Source: Candidatus Thalassarchaeaceae archaeon (GTDB lineage: Archaea; Thermoplasmatota; Poseidoniia; Poseidoniales; Thalassarchaeaceae). From it: DNA of 50,434 bases. Below the pieces are notes generated by a model that ran no database searches, was not told where the DNA came from, and was given only the letters and a program-made list of their open reading frames with translations. A program made the position numbers and the translations under genes. The stretch's first letter is position 1; the number at the start of each line of letters is the position of its first letter. Of this stretch, positions 17,252 through 24,763 are shown in pieces. Location: positions 1 to 50,434 of the forward strand of contig CBFIAW010000001.1 in NCBI GenBank assembly GCA_965660655.1, in the 5' to 3' direction.

Positions 17252-18403
17252 ATGGATGCGACCTCCCGGGATTACCAGATTTCACCCTCCTCTTGGAACA
17301 GGTTTGAGGAGTGCCCCAGGAAGTACTGGCTTTCCCGTCAAAGGCTCCCCGGAAAGGCAAGTATGCCTGCTTCCATGGGAACTGCGATCCACAACTCCGT
17401 CGAGGATTTGTGCAATCTGGAACTTTCAGACAGAGAGGCGGATGAGGTGGGTTGGCTCCAATCTACAGCCAGAGATGTCCTTGAAGGAAACTGGGAGTCC
17501 GAGAGGAAGGAGTTCATGGACACCCCGAGGCATCCAAGGTGGAAGTCTGAGATGTTTCCCAAGGCTTTCGAAGGCCTGGTCGGCGCACTGAGCATCATGT
17601 TCGAGAAGGCGGCACTGCCCAAATCTGAACTCACAGAAGTAACGATTCAGAGTTGGAGGCAAGTCCAAGCAATAATCCTCGCAACGGAGGCCACCCTGGA
17701 ATCCGATTGTGGGAGGATGCTGGGCAGACTCGATCTACTGGTCCTTGACAAGGAGAGCGAAGGGAAAGAAGGTTGGATCGTTGCTGATCTCAAGACTGGA
17801 AAACCACCAAGGACAGAGCTTAGTGGGAAGGTCGCTAGGCAGTTGCTATTCTACAGGGACCTAATGAAGCAGAGGAATCCGGAACACCCACCGATTATTG
17901 CCGAGGGTTGGTACTCCTCCAACAAAACCGTCTACAGCGCAGATGGCCCCTCCATCTTGGAGGAAGCCATAGAGGCTTGGAAATCGATGGAACTGTCTGA
18001 AATCCCATTCGACGCGACCCCCAGTCAAGCCGCTTGCTCGTTCTGCGAGTGGAAGGCATGGTGTCCGAAGTGGTGGGTTGCACGGAACGAGGGAAAACTC
18101 GGTGGCACGGGGGTCTTCCGAGACGAAGTGGTCCGCCTCGTGAGACTTGACCGAGACTCAGGAGCGGCGCTTTTCGAACGAACCGCCCCCATCGGTGAAG
18201 AGGGGGAGCTGAACGGTTCCGACTACCGATTCGGAGCTATAATCAAGGACCAAGCCCTAGAGCAAATCAAGCAGTTGGAGCAAGCCGAACTAGATGGCCA
18301 TCTCTTTCTGGGGAGCGTCAGAGCCGATGGAAAGATTGTGCATATGGGGGATTGGTCAGAGGTTATCCCATGGTCCCCAATCCTAAGGTCGACTTCCAAG
18401 TGA
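17252..18403 (+). CDS. Cas4/RecB-like PD-(D/E)XK nuclease with four-Cys iron-staple signature and an unassigned C-terminal domain of about 110 aa
   Basis: 383-aa ORF. N-terminal Cys in SWNRFEECPRKYW. Nuclease core GRLDLL...IVADLKTGK (D...DxK). QxxxY (ARQLLFYRDL). C-terminal CSFCEWKAWC (Cx2Cx5C). No cas1/cas2 or CRISPR array in the window. Confidence 0.8.
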   Translation: MDATSRDYQISPSSWNRFEECPRKYWLSRQRLPGKASMPASMGTAIHNSVEDLCNLELSDREADEVGWLQSTARDVLEGNWESERKEFMDTPRHPRWKSEMFPKAFEGLVGALSIMFEKAALPKSELTEVTIQSWRQVQAIILATEATLESDCGRMLGRLDLLVLDKESEGKEGWIVADLKTGKPPRTELSGKVARQLLFYRDLMKQRNPEHPPIIAEGWYSSNKTVYSADGPSILEEAIEAWKSMELSEIPFDATPSQAACSFCEWKAWCPKWWVARNEGKLGGTGVFRDEVVRLVRLDRDSGAALFERTAPIGEEGELNGSDYRFGAIIKDQALEQIKQLEQAELDGHLFLGSVRADGKIVHMGDWSEVIPWSPILRSTSK

Positions 18404-18967
18404 GTCCAAGACCTCTTGCAAGGGCCCCCTGAACCTTTTCGGATACGCCCTCATCAGCTTCCACAGAAGGAGAAGAGTTGCCCCTGCATCTGCATCGGCC
18501 CTGTGGGATCTTTCCAGCCTGATCCCGAACCTCTCGCACAGCATCCCGAGCTTGTGTCGTCCAGGCACTCCGAATTTCCTCGCAACAACCAGGGTATCGA
18601 CAATCGCGAGTGGTTGGGGGACCTCTCTACCAATTCTGATGCATTCCATTTCCATGAACCTCCAGTCGAATGCGACAACATTGTGACCGACAATCACTGC
18701 ACCATCAATCAATTCTCTCATCGATTCAATGTGCTCCTCGAACCCACCCGCACCCCGGACGTCGTCATCCATGATCCCATGTACTTTGCTCGACACGCTG
18801 GGAATCCTGCACCCGGGATCAACTAGTGAATGCAGATTCACATGAGTTCCATCGGAATCACTCCCAACCAGTGCGTATTGCACCACCCTATCCTGTCTAG
18901 GATTGAATCCAGTAGTCTCTAAATCGAATCCAAGGACCCTCAAACCATCCAGAATGCCAGAATCCAT
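18383..18967 (-). CDS. DEDDh 3'-5' exonuclease (DnaQ/epsilon-like)
   Basis: 194-aa ORF with Exo I FDLETTG, Exo II GHNVVAFD and Exo III HRADADA motifs. Its 3' end overlaps the convergent nuclease gene by 21 nt. Confidence 0.85.
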   Translation of the reverse strand: MDSGILDGLRVLGFDLETTGFNPRQDRVVQYALVGSDSDGTHVNLHSLVDPGCRIPSVSSKVHGIMDDDVRGAGGFEEHIESMRELIDGAVIVGHNVVAFDWRFMEMECIRIGREVPQPLAIVDTLVVARKFGVPGRHKLGMLCERFGIRLERSHRADADAGATLLLLWKLMRAYPKRFRGPLQEVLDSLGSRP

Positions 18968-19064
18968 GATGCCCCCTCCCGCCGCCGTCCATGAACCCTA
19001 CCAAACAGCACCCATCAACTCTCAAACCCAACACCCATATGAGGGGCCTCATCTTTCTAGTACC

Positions 19065-20234
19065 ATGGAAGAGGGCGGACACAGAGTATCGACCCTTTTG
19101 ATTCTCCTGCTCCTGACCCAGTCCCTTGCAGGATGCGGTGGAATTGGCCCCGGTAGCCCAAATGCAAGCCTCAGCTCGGATAGAGACACAATAAATTCTG
19201 GAGAAACCGTCAACTTCGATGCTCGCTCCTCCACTACACCCGAACCGACAATCATTGACGAATACAGGTGGAACTTCGGGGACGGGGAAACGAAGACAAC
19301 AAAGCAGGGCGTGATTAGCCATGTTTTCGACAAAGCAGGGGTTTTCGAGATCGAGGTAGATGTATTCAACGACAATGGGGACTCCGACTCGGCAAGCATC
19401 AGCATCTTCGTCAACGCGATCCCGGAAATAATCCTCGACCTACCAGATTTTGTCAAGACCGGACAGGAGGCTAGGCTAGACGCCAGCGACTCCTTCGACC
19501 CAGAGGGCGCGGGTGTCGAGATAGTCTGGGATTTTGACGCAAACACCGACTCGGACGGAGACAGCGACCCTCTCAACGACGAAGATGGGAGCGGACCCGT
19601 GACAAGGCTAACTGTCTCGGCAGCAGGGAATATCACGGGAGCAGTCACAGTTACTGACGATAGCGGAGGGACGAACACCACCCTCTGGACACTCAGGGTA
19701 ATCACCCGCTCGTTCCGCGTTGTCTGGGAGGAGGTGCACGTCGATTACGAATGGTCTGGATACCTCGAGCAAGGTGACTTTCACGAGATCCAGTTCCAAC
19801 CAGGCGAAGGGGCCAGGTTGATGGAGGTAACAGCAACCCTCTCGCTTTCTCGTGACATACTGCCAATCACATGGCCGGAGGACAATTTCACCTTGGAGGT
19901 CGACAACCCCTCATCAGGGTGGTCATATAGCGTCGCGACCACCCAGGAGAACATCACCCAGAATGCTTCAGCCACAATAGAGAGGGGCGAAATGAACCCT
20001 CTCCCGCAGTCCGATTACACAGTATTCGCGGATTCAAAGGAAGGGTTGGAGGAGGCCCTCCTCAGTGACCCCAACGGGCGGTTCGGCCAAGGTGACTGGT
20101 TCTGGACGATTACGGCATTGGAATGCGATCCGGATACTCCAGTGGATGGCATAGACCCCGATCAGGGGAACGATTGGACATTGGAAGCCCAATTCGTGGT
20201 CCTGGTGCTCAGGATCAGCGAAGTCAGCGTCTGA
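19065..20234 (+). CDS. PKD-domain lipoprotein (two PKD-like domains plus a C-terminal domain of unknown fold)
   Basis: Signal peptide with lipobox: MEEGGHRVSTLLILLLLTQSLAGC, Cys codon at 19134-19136. PKD signatures are FDARSS...YRWNFGDGE...HVFDKAGVFEIEV and LDASDSFDPEG...VWDFD. The track start 18903 would overlap the divergent exonuclease gene, so ATG 19065 is preferred. Confidence 0.8.
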   Translation: MEEGGHRVSTLLILLLLTQSLAGCGGIGPGSPNASLSSDRDTINSGETVNFDARSSTTPEPTIIDEYRWNFGDGETKTTKQGVISHVFDKAGVFEIEVDVFNDNGDSDSASISIFVNAIPEIILDLPDFVKTGQEARLDASDSFDPEGAGVEIVWDFDANTDSDGDSDPLNDEDGSGPVTRLTVSAAGNITGAVTVTDDSGGTNTTLWTLRVITRSFRVVWEEVHVDYEWSGYLEQGDFHEIQFQPGEGARLMEVTATLSLSRDILPITWPEDNFTLEVDNPSSGWSYSVATTQENITQNASATIERGEMNPLPQSDYTVFADSKEGLEEALLSDPNGRFGQGDWFWTITALECDPDTPVDGIDPDQGNDWTLEAQFVVLVLRISEVSV

Positions 20235-20280
20235 TTCCCCATGAGCGAAGACCTTTCAACCACTAGTCACTGGCCGAGTC

Positions 20281-20631
20281 ATGGCAAAGTCGTTCGAGAT
20301 TACCAAGGTGTCCGTTCGCGGTCGCTTGGTCGTAGACGCCAAGGTGAGCATGAACGACCCCCAAGACTTCGACTTCTCCCCCAGAGCCAGTTTGTCCGGT
20401 TCGATACTAAGCCTGGTCAACGAATCGGGAGAGCCCTCCTCGACATTCGAGCTTGATGCCGAGCAGGTCACGACCGCAGAGAGGGACAGGATGGTCGAGC
20501 TTCGAGTCAAGTTCAACGTCCAGGGAATGCACGGGGTGCTCACTCAAAGGACCCCCAACCCGAGAACGGGACCCAAGTCGAAGAAGCTCGCGGAGCCGAG
20601 TTGGAAGACCATCCTGCCGCTCTCAATGTGA
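20281..20631 (+). CDS. Hypothetical protein
   Basis: 116-aa ORF with window-typical codon usage (GAC, AAG, TTC, GAG preferred), co-directional with its neighbours. No family recognised. The competing antisense ORF 20256..20543 looks low-complexity. Confidence 0.55.
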   Translation: MAKSFEITKVSVRGRLVVDAKVSMNDPQDFDFSPRASLSGSILSLVNESGEPSSTFELDAEQVTTAERDRMVELRVKFNVQGMHGVLTQRTPNPRTGPKSKKLAEPSWKTILPLSM

Positions 20632-20678
20632 TTTCGAACCGTCGGGATTAAGCCGGACCCTACCGTCCAAAAGTCACT

Positions 20679-20755
20679 GGACCCATAGTGTAGCCTGGAT
20701 ATCACATGAGCTTGCGGAGCTTGTAACCCGTGTTCGAATCGCGGTGGGTCCGCCA
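20679..20755 (+). tRNA. tRNA-Arg (anticodon GCG), CCA encoded
   Basis: Acceptor GGACCCA/TGGGTCC. Anticodon stem TGAGC/GCTTG with loop TTGCGGA, anticodon GCG at 20714-20716. T-arm CCGTG-TTCGAAT-CGCGG. Discriminator G followed by CCA. Confidence 0.9.
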
Positions 20756-20806
20756 ACCAACGGCAGGCGACCGATTCAATTAGTCCCAGTCGTTGGAACC
20801 CATGCT

Positions 20807-20883
20807 GGACCCATAGTGTAGCCTGGATATCACTCTAGCCTCCGGAGCTGGAAACCCGTGTTCGAATCGCGGTGGGTCCGCCA
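20807..20883 (+). tRNA. tRNA-Arg (anticodon CCG), CCA encoded
   Basis: Identical to the upstream tRNA-Arg outside the anticodon arm. Anticodon stem CTAGC/GCTGG with loop CTCCGGA, anticodon CCG at 20842-20844. Confidence 0.9.
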
Positions 20884-20933
20884 ACCGAAATGCATCCCAA
20901 TACCTCCAATAGCACTCCCGTCCTAGGAGCTCC

Positions 20934-22514
20934 ATGGACAGAACCACAACAATCCTAATCGCGTTAATGATGGCCACCGTTTCCCTAGCAGGATGCTCTG
21001 GTGACGACTCTGGATATGAGGAGACAATCAGCTCGTTGGAGCAAGAGGCGGTAGCCGACCAAGCGAGGATGGCCGCCCTCAATGCTACGATATCCACCTT
21101 GGCGGGTGATTTGGTAACTCTAAGCACCCAGATCACGGGCCTGGACTCGCAGATCGCCGACCTCCAGGCAGAGGTCGACTCCCTCTCGCTGCAGAACTCA
21201 ACCAAGGCAAGCCAGATCGAGCTGATGACTCTTAATTTGACCACTCTCGTACATGCGAAGGCGCTGCTGGAGGCTCAGGCCTTAGTACTCGATTCCGAGA
21301 AGGCGCTGCTGGAGGCGCAGGTCTCATCCCTCACCACTTCGAACCAGGACGCAGCGGCGGACATCGCAGAGCTCCAGGCCCTTGCCTCGCAACTGAACCA
21401 GACGATCCAGCAACTCGAGAGCACCATCTCCGATATGGAGAACTCAGGTAGCTACATCATCAGCACCTTGGACACGATCATTGATCGTGGCACCATGAAG
21501 TGCGGAGTGAAGTCGTCCCAATACGGAATGGGGTACACAGATTCGTCCGGCGTACGATCGGGACTGGACATCACGTACTGCCGCGCGGTTGCCGCTGCAA
21601 TAGGCCTGGACCCAGACACGGACGTCGAGTACATTCTTGCATCCGGATCAAACAGGTTCGAAATGCTAGCCGCCGGCACCATCGACGTCCTGATCAGGAC
21701 GACGACGTGGACAGCATCCAGAGACGCTGACCTCGAAGCGGACTATGCAGGAATAAACTTCTACGATGGACAGGGCATCATGGTCCGCGAGGACAGGTTC
21801 GCTGCAGCTGCTGCAGGAAACTCGGCAACTGGACTGGACTCAGCCAACATCTGCGTTGGAATCGGTACCACTACCGAGGGCAACATGCAGGACTGGTTCT
21901 CCTCCAGGGAGATTTCGTTCACGTCCGTGCCAGTATCAGACTCCGCTGAGGCGACTGCCAAGTTCATCGACGGATCATGCGACGCCCTCACAGGAGACAT
22001 GTCGGCCATGGTTGCCAAGAAGTGGCAACTTGACACCGACGGCTCGATGAACGGCGTGGACATCTGGATCGCCACCGAGCAGATGTCCAAGGAACCGCTC
22101 GCGGCCGTCACGAGGGACTACGACACGGAGTGGAACGATATCGTGGAATGGGTCTGGTTCGGGATGATCACAGCGGAGGAGAGCGGAGTGACCTCGAGCA
22201 ACTACGCCACCCAGGCCAACGATGCCTGTGCCGTCAACGACGCTGGTTCTGCAACCGACCCGGGAATGTGCCGCCTTCTGACGGAAAACTTCGGGTTGGG
22301 CACCGCGGACAACCCACAATCCGGCACTTGGATGCAAGACGTACTGGCAGCCTCCGGGAACTACGGAGAGGCATACGACGACGCATTCTGCGACGGTACC
22401 TACGACGGCGTCAGCGGTTCGGACGCAATGTCAGGATGCCTGATATCACGTGCTGGAACTCTGAACGCACTCGTCTCGGAGGGGGGCATCCAGTATGCCC
22501 CTTCGATGAGGTAG
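20934..22514 (+). CDS. Lipoprotein: coiled-coil stalk of about 160 aa fused to a polar/general amino-acid ABC substrate-binding domain (AapJ/BztA-like, type-3 SBP)
   Basis: Lipobox MMATVSLAGC (Cys codon 20994-20996). Residues about 30-190 are heptad-like and Q/L/A/S-rich, with a KALLEAQ duplication. The C-terminal 330 aa or so, GTMKCGVKSSQYGMGYTDSSG...DITYCRAVAAAIG...RFEMLAAGTIDVLIRTTTWT..., matches general L-amino-acid-binding proteins. Confidence 0.8.
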   Translation: MDRTTTILIALMMATVSLAGCSGDDSGYEETISSLEQEAVADQARMAALNATISTLAGDLVTLSTQITGLDSQIADLQAEVDSLSLQNSTKASQIELMTLNLTTLVHAKALLEAQALVLDSEKALLEAQVSSLTTSNQDAAADIAELQALASQLNQTIQQLESTISDMENSGSYIISTLDTIIDRGTMKCGVKSSQYGMGYTDSSGVRSGLDITYCRAVAAAIGLDPDTDVEYILASGSNRFEMLAAGTIDVLIRTTTWTASRDADLEADYAGINFYDGQGIMVREDRFAAAAAGNSATGLDSANICVGIGTTTEGNMQDWFSSREISFTSVPVSDSAEATAKFIDGSCDALTGDMSAMVAKKWQLDTDGSMNGVDIWIATEQMSKEPLAAVTRDYDTEWNDIVEWVWFGMITAEESGVTSSNYATQANDACAVNDAGSATDPGMCRLLTENFGLGTADNPQSGTWMQDVLAASGNYGEAYDDAFCDGTYDGVSGSDAMSGCLISRAGTLNALVSEGGIQYAPSMR

Positions 22515-22519
22515 TGAAC

Positions 22520-22939
22520 ATGGCATTCGTCTCGGAGAGGAGAGTCGACTTTCCCATGGTGGACCTTGCAAAGATCGTCTACTACCCGAGGTTCTGGGAC
22601 TTGGCCCACAGGTTCTACGAGGAGTCCTGGGAGTTCTCATGTGGCTTGCACTACAATGAGATTCTGTCATCGCACAACATTGCGTTCCCGTTGGTCCATA
22701 GCGAGGCCAAGTTCACACATCCCATTTCCTATGGGGACACAGTGCAGTGCACAATCACCGTCCCGAGAATCGGCCGGACCTCCATACATTGGCACTACGA
22801 GTTCCGAAACCAAGAGGGTACGCTTTGCTGGACTGCCGATCAGGTTACCGTTTGCACTGACATGCGTGAGGTCAAGTCAAAGCTGGAGGTCCCAGATTGG
22901 ATGAGGGAAGGCCTAGCCAAGATGGGTACACAGGGCTAA
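22520..22939 (+). CDS. Acyl-CoA thioesterase, hotdog fold (4HBT/YbgC-like)
   Basis: 139-aa product MAFVSERRVDFPMVDLAKIVYYPRFWDLAHRFYEESW...FPLVHSEAKFTHPISYGD...IHWHYEF fits the 4HBT family. The ATG lies 5 nt after GAGGTAGTGA, which includes the SBP stop. The track ORF 22130..22939 is an out-of-frame upstream extension through the SBP gene. Confidence 0.8.
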   Translation: MAFVSERRVDFPMVDLAKIVYYPRFWDLAHRFYEESWEFSCGLHYNEILSSHNIAFPLVHSEAKFTHPISYGDTVQCTITVPRIGRTSIHWHYEFRNQEGTLCWTADQVTVCTDMREVKSKLEVPDWMREGLAKMGTQG

Positions 22940-23322
22940 TCCCTCGGCCACTTCTTCGATAGCGCCTTCGTCAGGGACTCATCCATAATCGCATCCCACC
23001 AGTTGGCATCCCTCCAAACCGCATACTTCCCACGGATCCCTCGCATGTCCGCACCGTCAAGCCTAGCTCCCTGCATGTTGGATAACCCAAGACGAGCCTT
23101 CACCATCCTCGCCCCGCGTAGGTCAGCACCATCCAAAGCCGCCTTCATCAGGTTCGCATCTCGCATGGATGCATTCCGTAGGTCAGCACCGGACAAATCC
23201 GCTCCTTCCAAATCAGCCCTGTCCAGAATCGCTCGGCGGAGATTGGCCCCGGACAAATCGACCCCGCGCAGATCCTCCCCAACATGGGATGTGAATGACC
23301 AGTCCTTGCCTTCCCCGGTCAA
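22936..23322 (-). CDS. Pentapeptide-repeat protein
   Basis: Consecutive A(D/N)LxX pentapeptides: DLRGVDLSGANLRRAILDRADLEGADLSGADLRNASMRDANLMKAALDGADLRGARMVKARL... The track ORF reaches 23526 but overlaps the upstream gene out of frame. A TTG at 23322 sits 4 nt after GGAGAGGTGA, which contains the upstream stop. The start remains uncertain. Confidence 0.65.
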   Translation of the reverse strand: MTGEGKDWSFTSHVGEDLRGVDLSGANLRRAILDRADLEGADLSGADLRNASMRDANLMKAALDGADLRGARMVKARLGLSNMQGARLDGADMRGIRGKYAVWRDANWWDAIMDESLTKALSKKWPRD

Positions 23323-23326
23323 TGGC

Positions 23327-23878
23327 TCACCTCTCCAGTGACAGCTTGTCAAGATGGTCTCTGCCCGCTTCCGTAAGGACGACGTACGAGTTCTTCCGTG
23401 GCCTTCTCCGTGGGTACTCCAAGAATGAGCCAACACCACCGGCCCCTCCCTCGAGCATCCTCCCGATATACAAGGACACGTTCCACTCCTTGACCGATCT
23501 TTTGGTCCACTTCCCGGTCTCTTCAATCAACCTCTTGAGCTCCCTGGGAGGGGTATTGCCTTCCTTCTCAACCGATCTCATGTATTGGATCGCAGATAGA
23601 ATCACGTCAGATTTGTTCTCGATGCCACATGAGTTCAGAAGCCTCGCGAATGACGACCCCCTGTCGGGAAACCCACTTGCTCGGACGGCTTCGAGAGTAC
23701 TCTCCAAAGCCTCTTGCCTCGCTACTCTAACTCTAGAAAGGGTCGATGACCACGTATCCTGGTTGGTCACTTTCAGCCAACGATCGCTCGCCTCCCTTGT
23801 GTAGTCTGCCAAATTGATGTCCTGTGAGCCTAGCCTTAGGAAAAGACCACCTAATTCTTCGGACTTCTTTGTTGACAT
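23327..23878 (-). CDS. Hypothetical protein with a probable C-terminal winged-helix DNA-binding domain
   Basis: 183-aa ORF. The C-terminal part ...ILSAIQYMRSVEKEGNTPPRELKRLIEETGKW...SYVVLTEAGRDHLDKL has a wHTH-like helix-turn-helix plus wing pattern. Family not recognised. Confidence 0.55.
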   Translation of the reverse strand: MSTKKSEELGGLFLRLGSQDINLADYTREASDRWLKVTNQDTWSSTLSRVRVARQEALESTLEAVRASGFPDRGSSFARLLNSCGIENKSDVILSAIQYMRSVEKEGNTPPRELKRLIEETGKWTKRSVKEWNVSLYIGRMLEGGAGGVGSFLEYPRRRPRKNSYVVLTEAGRDHLDKLSLER

Positions 23879-23992
23879 GGCAATCCCTGAGAGGCAGCAC
23901 TTATCAGGTTATTTTTTTCTTCATTTCCTTTACATCCACCACGAAACCCATCGAGCCGTGAGATTCAAAGAGCGCCCACCCAACGCTGTGCT

Positions 23993-24763
23993 GTGAGCGA
24001 CGAACCCGACGGCGGTTATCCACTGGTCTTACACTCAGAGGCAGACCCATCTCGCTTGGGTGGGACGGCGGTTTGTGGATTCTCGACTGTGGGCTCTGTC
24101 GGTGTGATAGCCACATCCCACCTGATCAACTCCCTGCAACTAAGTCCAATGGGGACCGTTCTACATCCAAAGTTCCCCGCAGTAGCCCTAATTCACGATT
24201 CTGTGCCAAAGCATCCAGTTAGGGTATACCAAGGCGATGGAATCGGAGTCTTCACTTCTGAGATACAATTCACTAGTGAGCATGACATCTACTTCGCGAA
24301 CACCGTTCTAGAGTGGTTCACCAAAGGCGGATTTGACCGGTTGGTCGTCATCGATGGCGTGGTAAGCAATGATTTGGGGATCAAGGAGGATAGCGAGCTC
24401 TGGGGGGTTTCATCCACCCCAAAAGGACGAGACCAACTTGATGGTTCCAGCATCCAGAGGATTCAGCAGGGAGTAGTCACAGGAATTGCAGGATACCTTA
24501 TCGCAGAGGGGGAGAGAAGGGGGCTAGATGTCACTGCCCTGTTGGCAGAGTGTAATCCGATTTACCCTGACGCAAGGGCCGCTCTGATTGCCGTTGAAGG
24601 CCTGAGTGAGTTGGTCGGTGTCGAGGTCCCGGTTGACGGCCTGTTGGAGGATGCTAGGAATATCGAAGAAAAGGTCCGTGAGGCCTTCGAGAGGGCCCAG
24701 TCGAATGCTCTCCCAGCACCAGATTCTGGAGATGACGAGGACGACATCCCAATGATTTACTAA
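23993..24763 (+). CDS. PAC2-family proteasome assembly chaperone, paralogue 2
   Basis: 256-aa ORF with GTG start. GTAVCGFSTVGSVGVIATSHLINSLQL...HPVRVYQGD follows the same PAC2 pattern as 16377..17180. Acidic C-terminus ends -M-I-Y. Confidence 0.75.
   Translation: MSDEPDGGYPLVLHSEADPSRLGGTAVCGFSTVGSVGVIATSHLINSLQLSPMGTVLHPKFPAVALIHDSVPKHPVRVYQGDGIGVFTSEIQFTSEHDIYFANTVLEWFTKGGFDRLVVIDGVVSNDLGIKEDSELWGVSSTPKGRDQLDGSSIQRIQQGVVTGIAGYLIAEGERRGLDVTALLAECNPIYPDARAALIAVEGLSELVGVEVPVDGLLEDARNIEEKVREAFERAQSNALPAPDSGDDEDDIPMIY

Noticed and set aside
18903-19064. Upstream extension of the PKD lipoprotein ORF.
   Set aside because: It would overlap the divergent exonuclease gene's 5' end and place 54 non-hydrophobic residues before the signal peptide. 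ATG 19065 gives a canonical signal plus lipobox.
20679-20883. Duplicated tRNA 3' halves as attachment sites of an integrated element.
   Set aside because: Both copies are complete tRNA genes only 51 nt apart. No integrase or foreign-looking genes lie between or beside them.
20780-21244. 154-aa minus-strand ORF.
   Set aside because: It runs through tRNA-Arg(CCG) and is antisense to the start of the SBP lipoprotein gene.
22130-22519. Upstream 130 codons of track ORF 22130..22939.
   Set aside because: This part overlaps the 3' end of the SBP gene out of frame and is Arg/Gly-rich nonsense. The thioesterase homology begins at the ATG at 22520, which has an SD motif 5 nt upstream.
23323-23526. 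N-terminal 68 codons of track ORF 22936..23526 (pentapeptide protein).
   Set aside because: It overlaps the C-terminal wHTH-coding part of 23327..23878 in another frame and contains no pentapeptide repeats. An SD-preceded TTG at 23322 gives a non-overlapping gene. The start is still uncertain.
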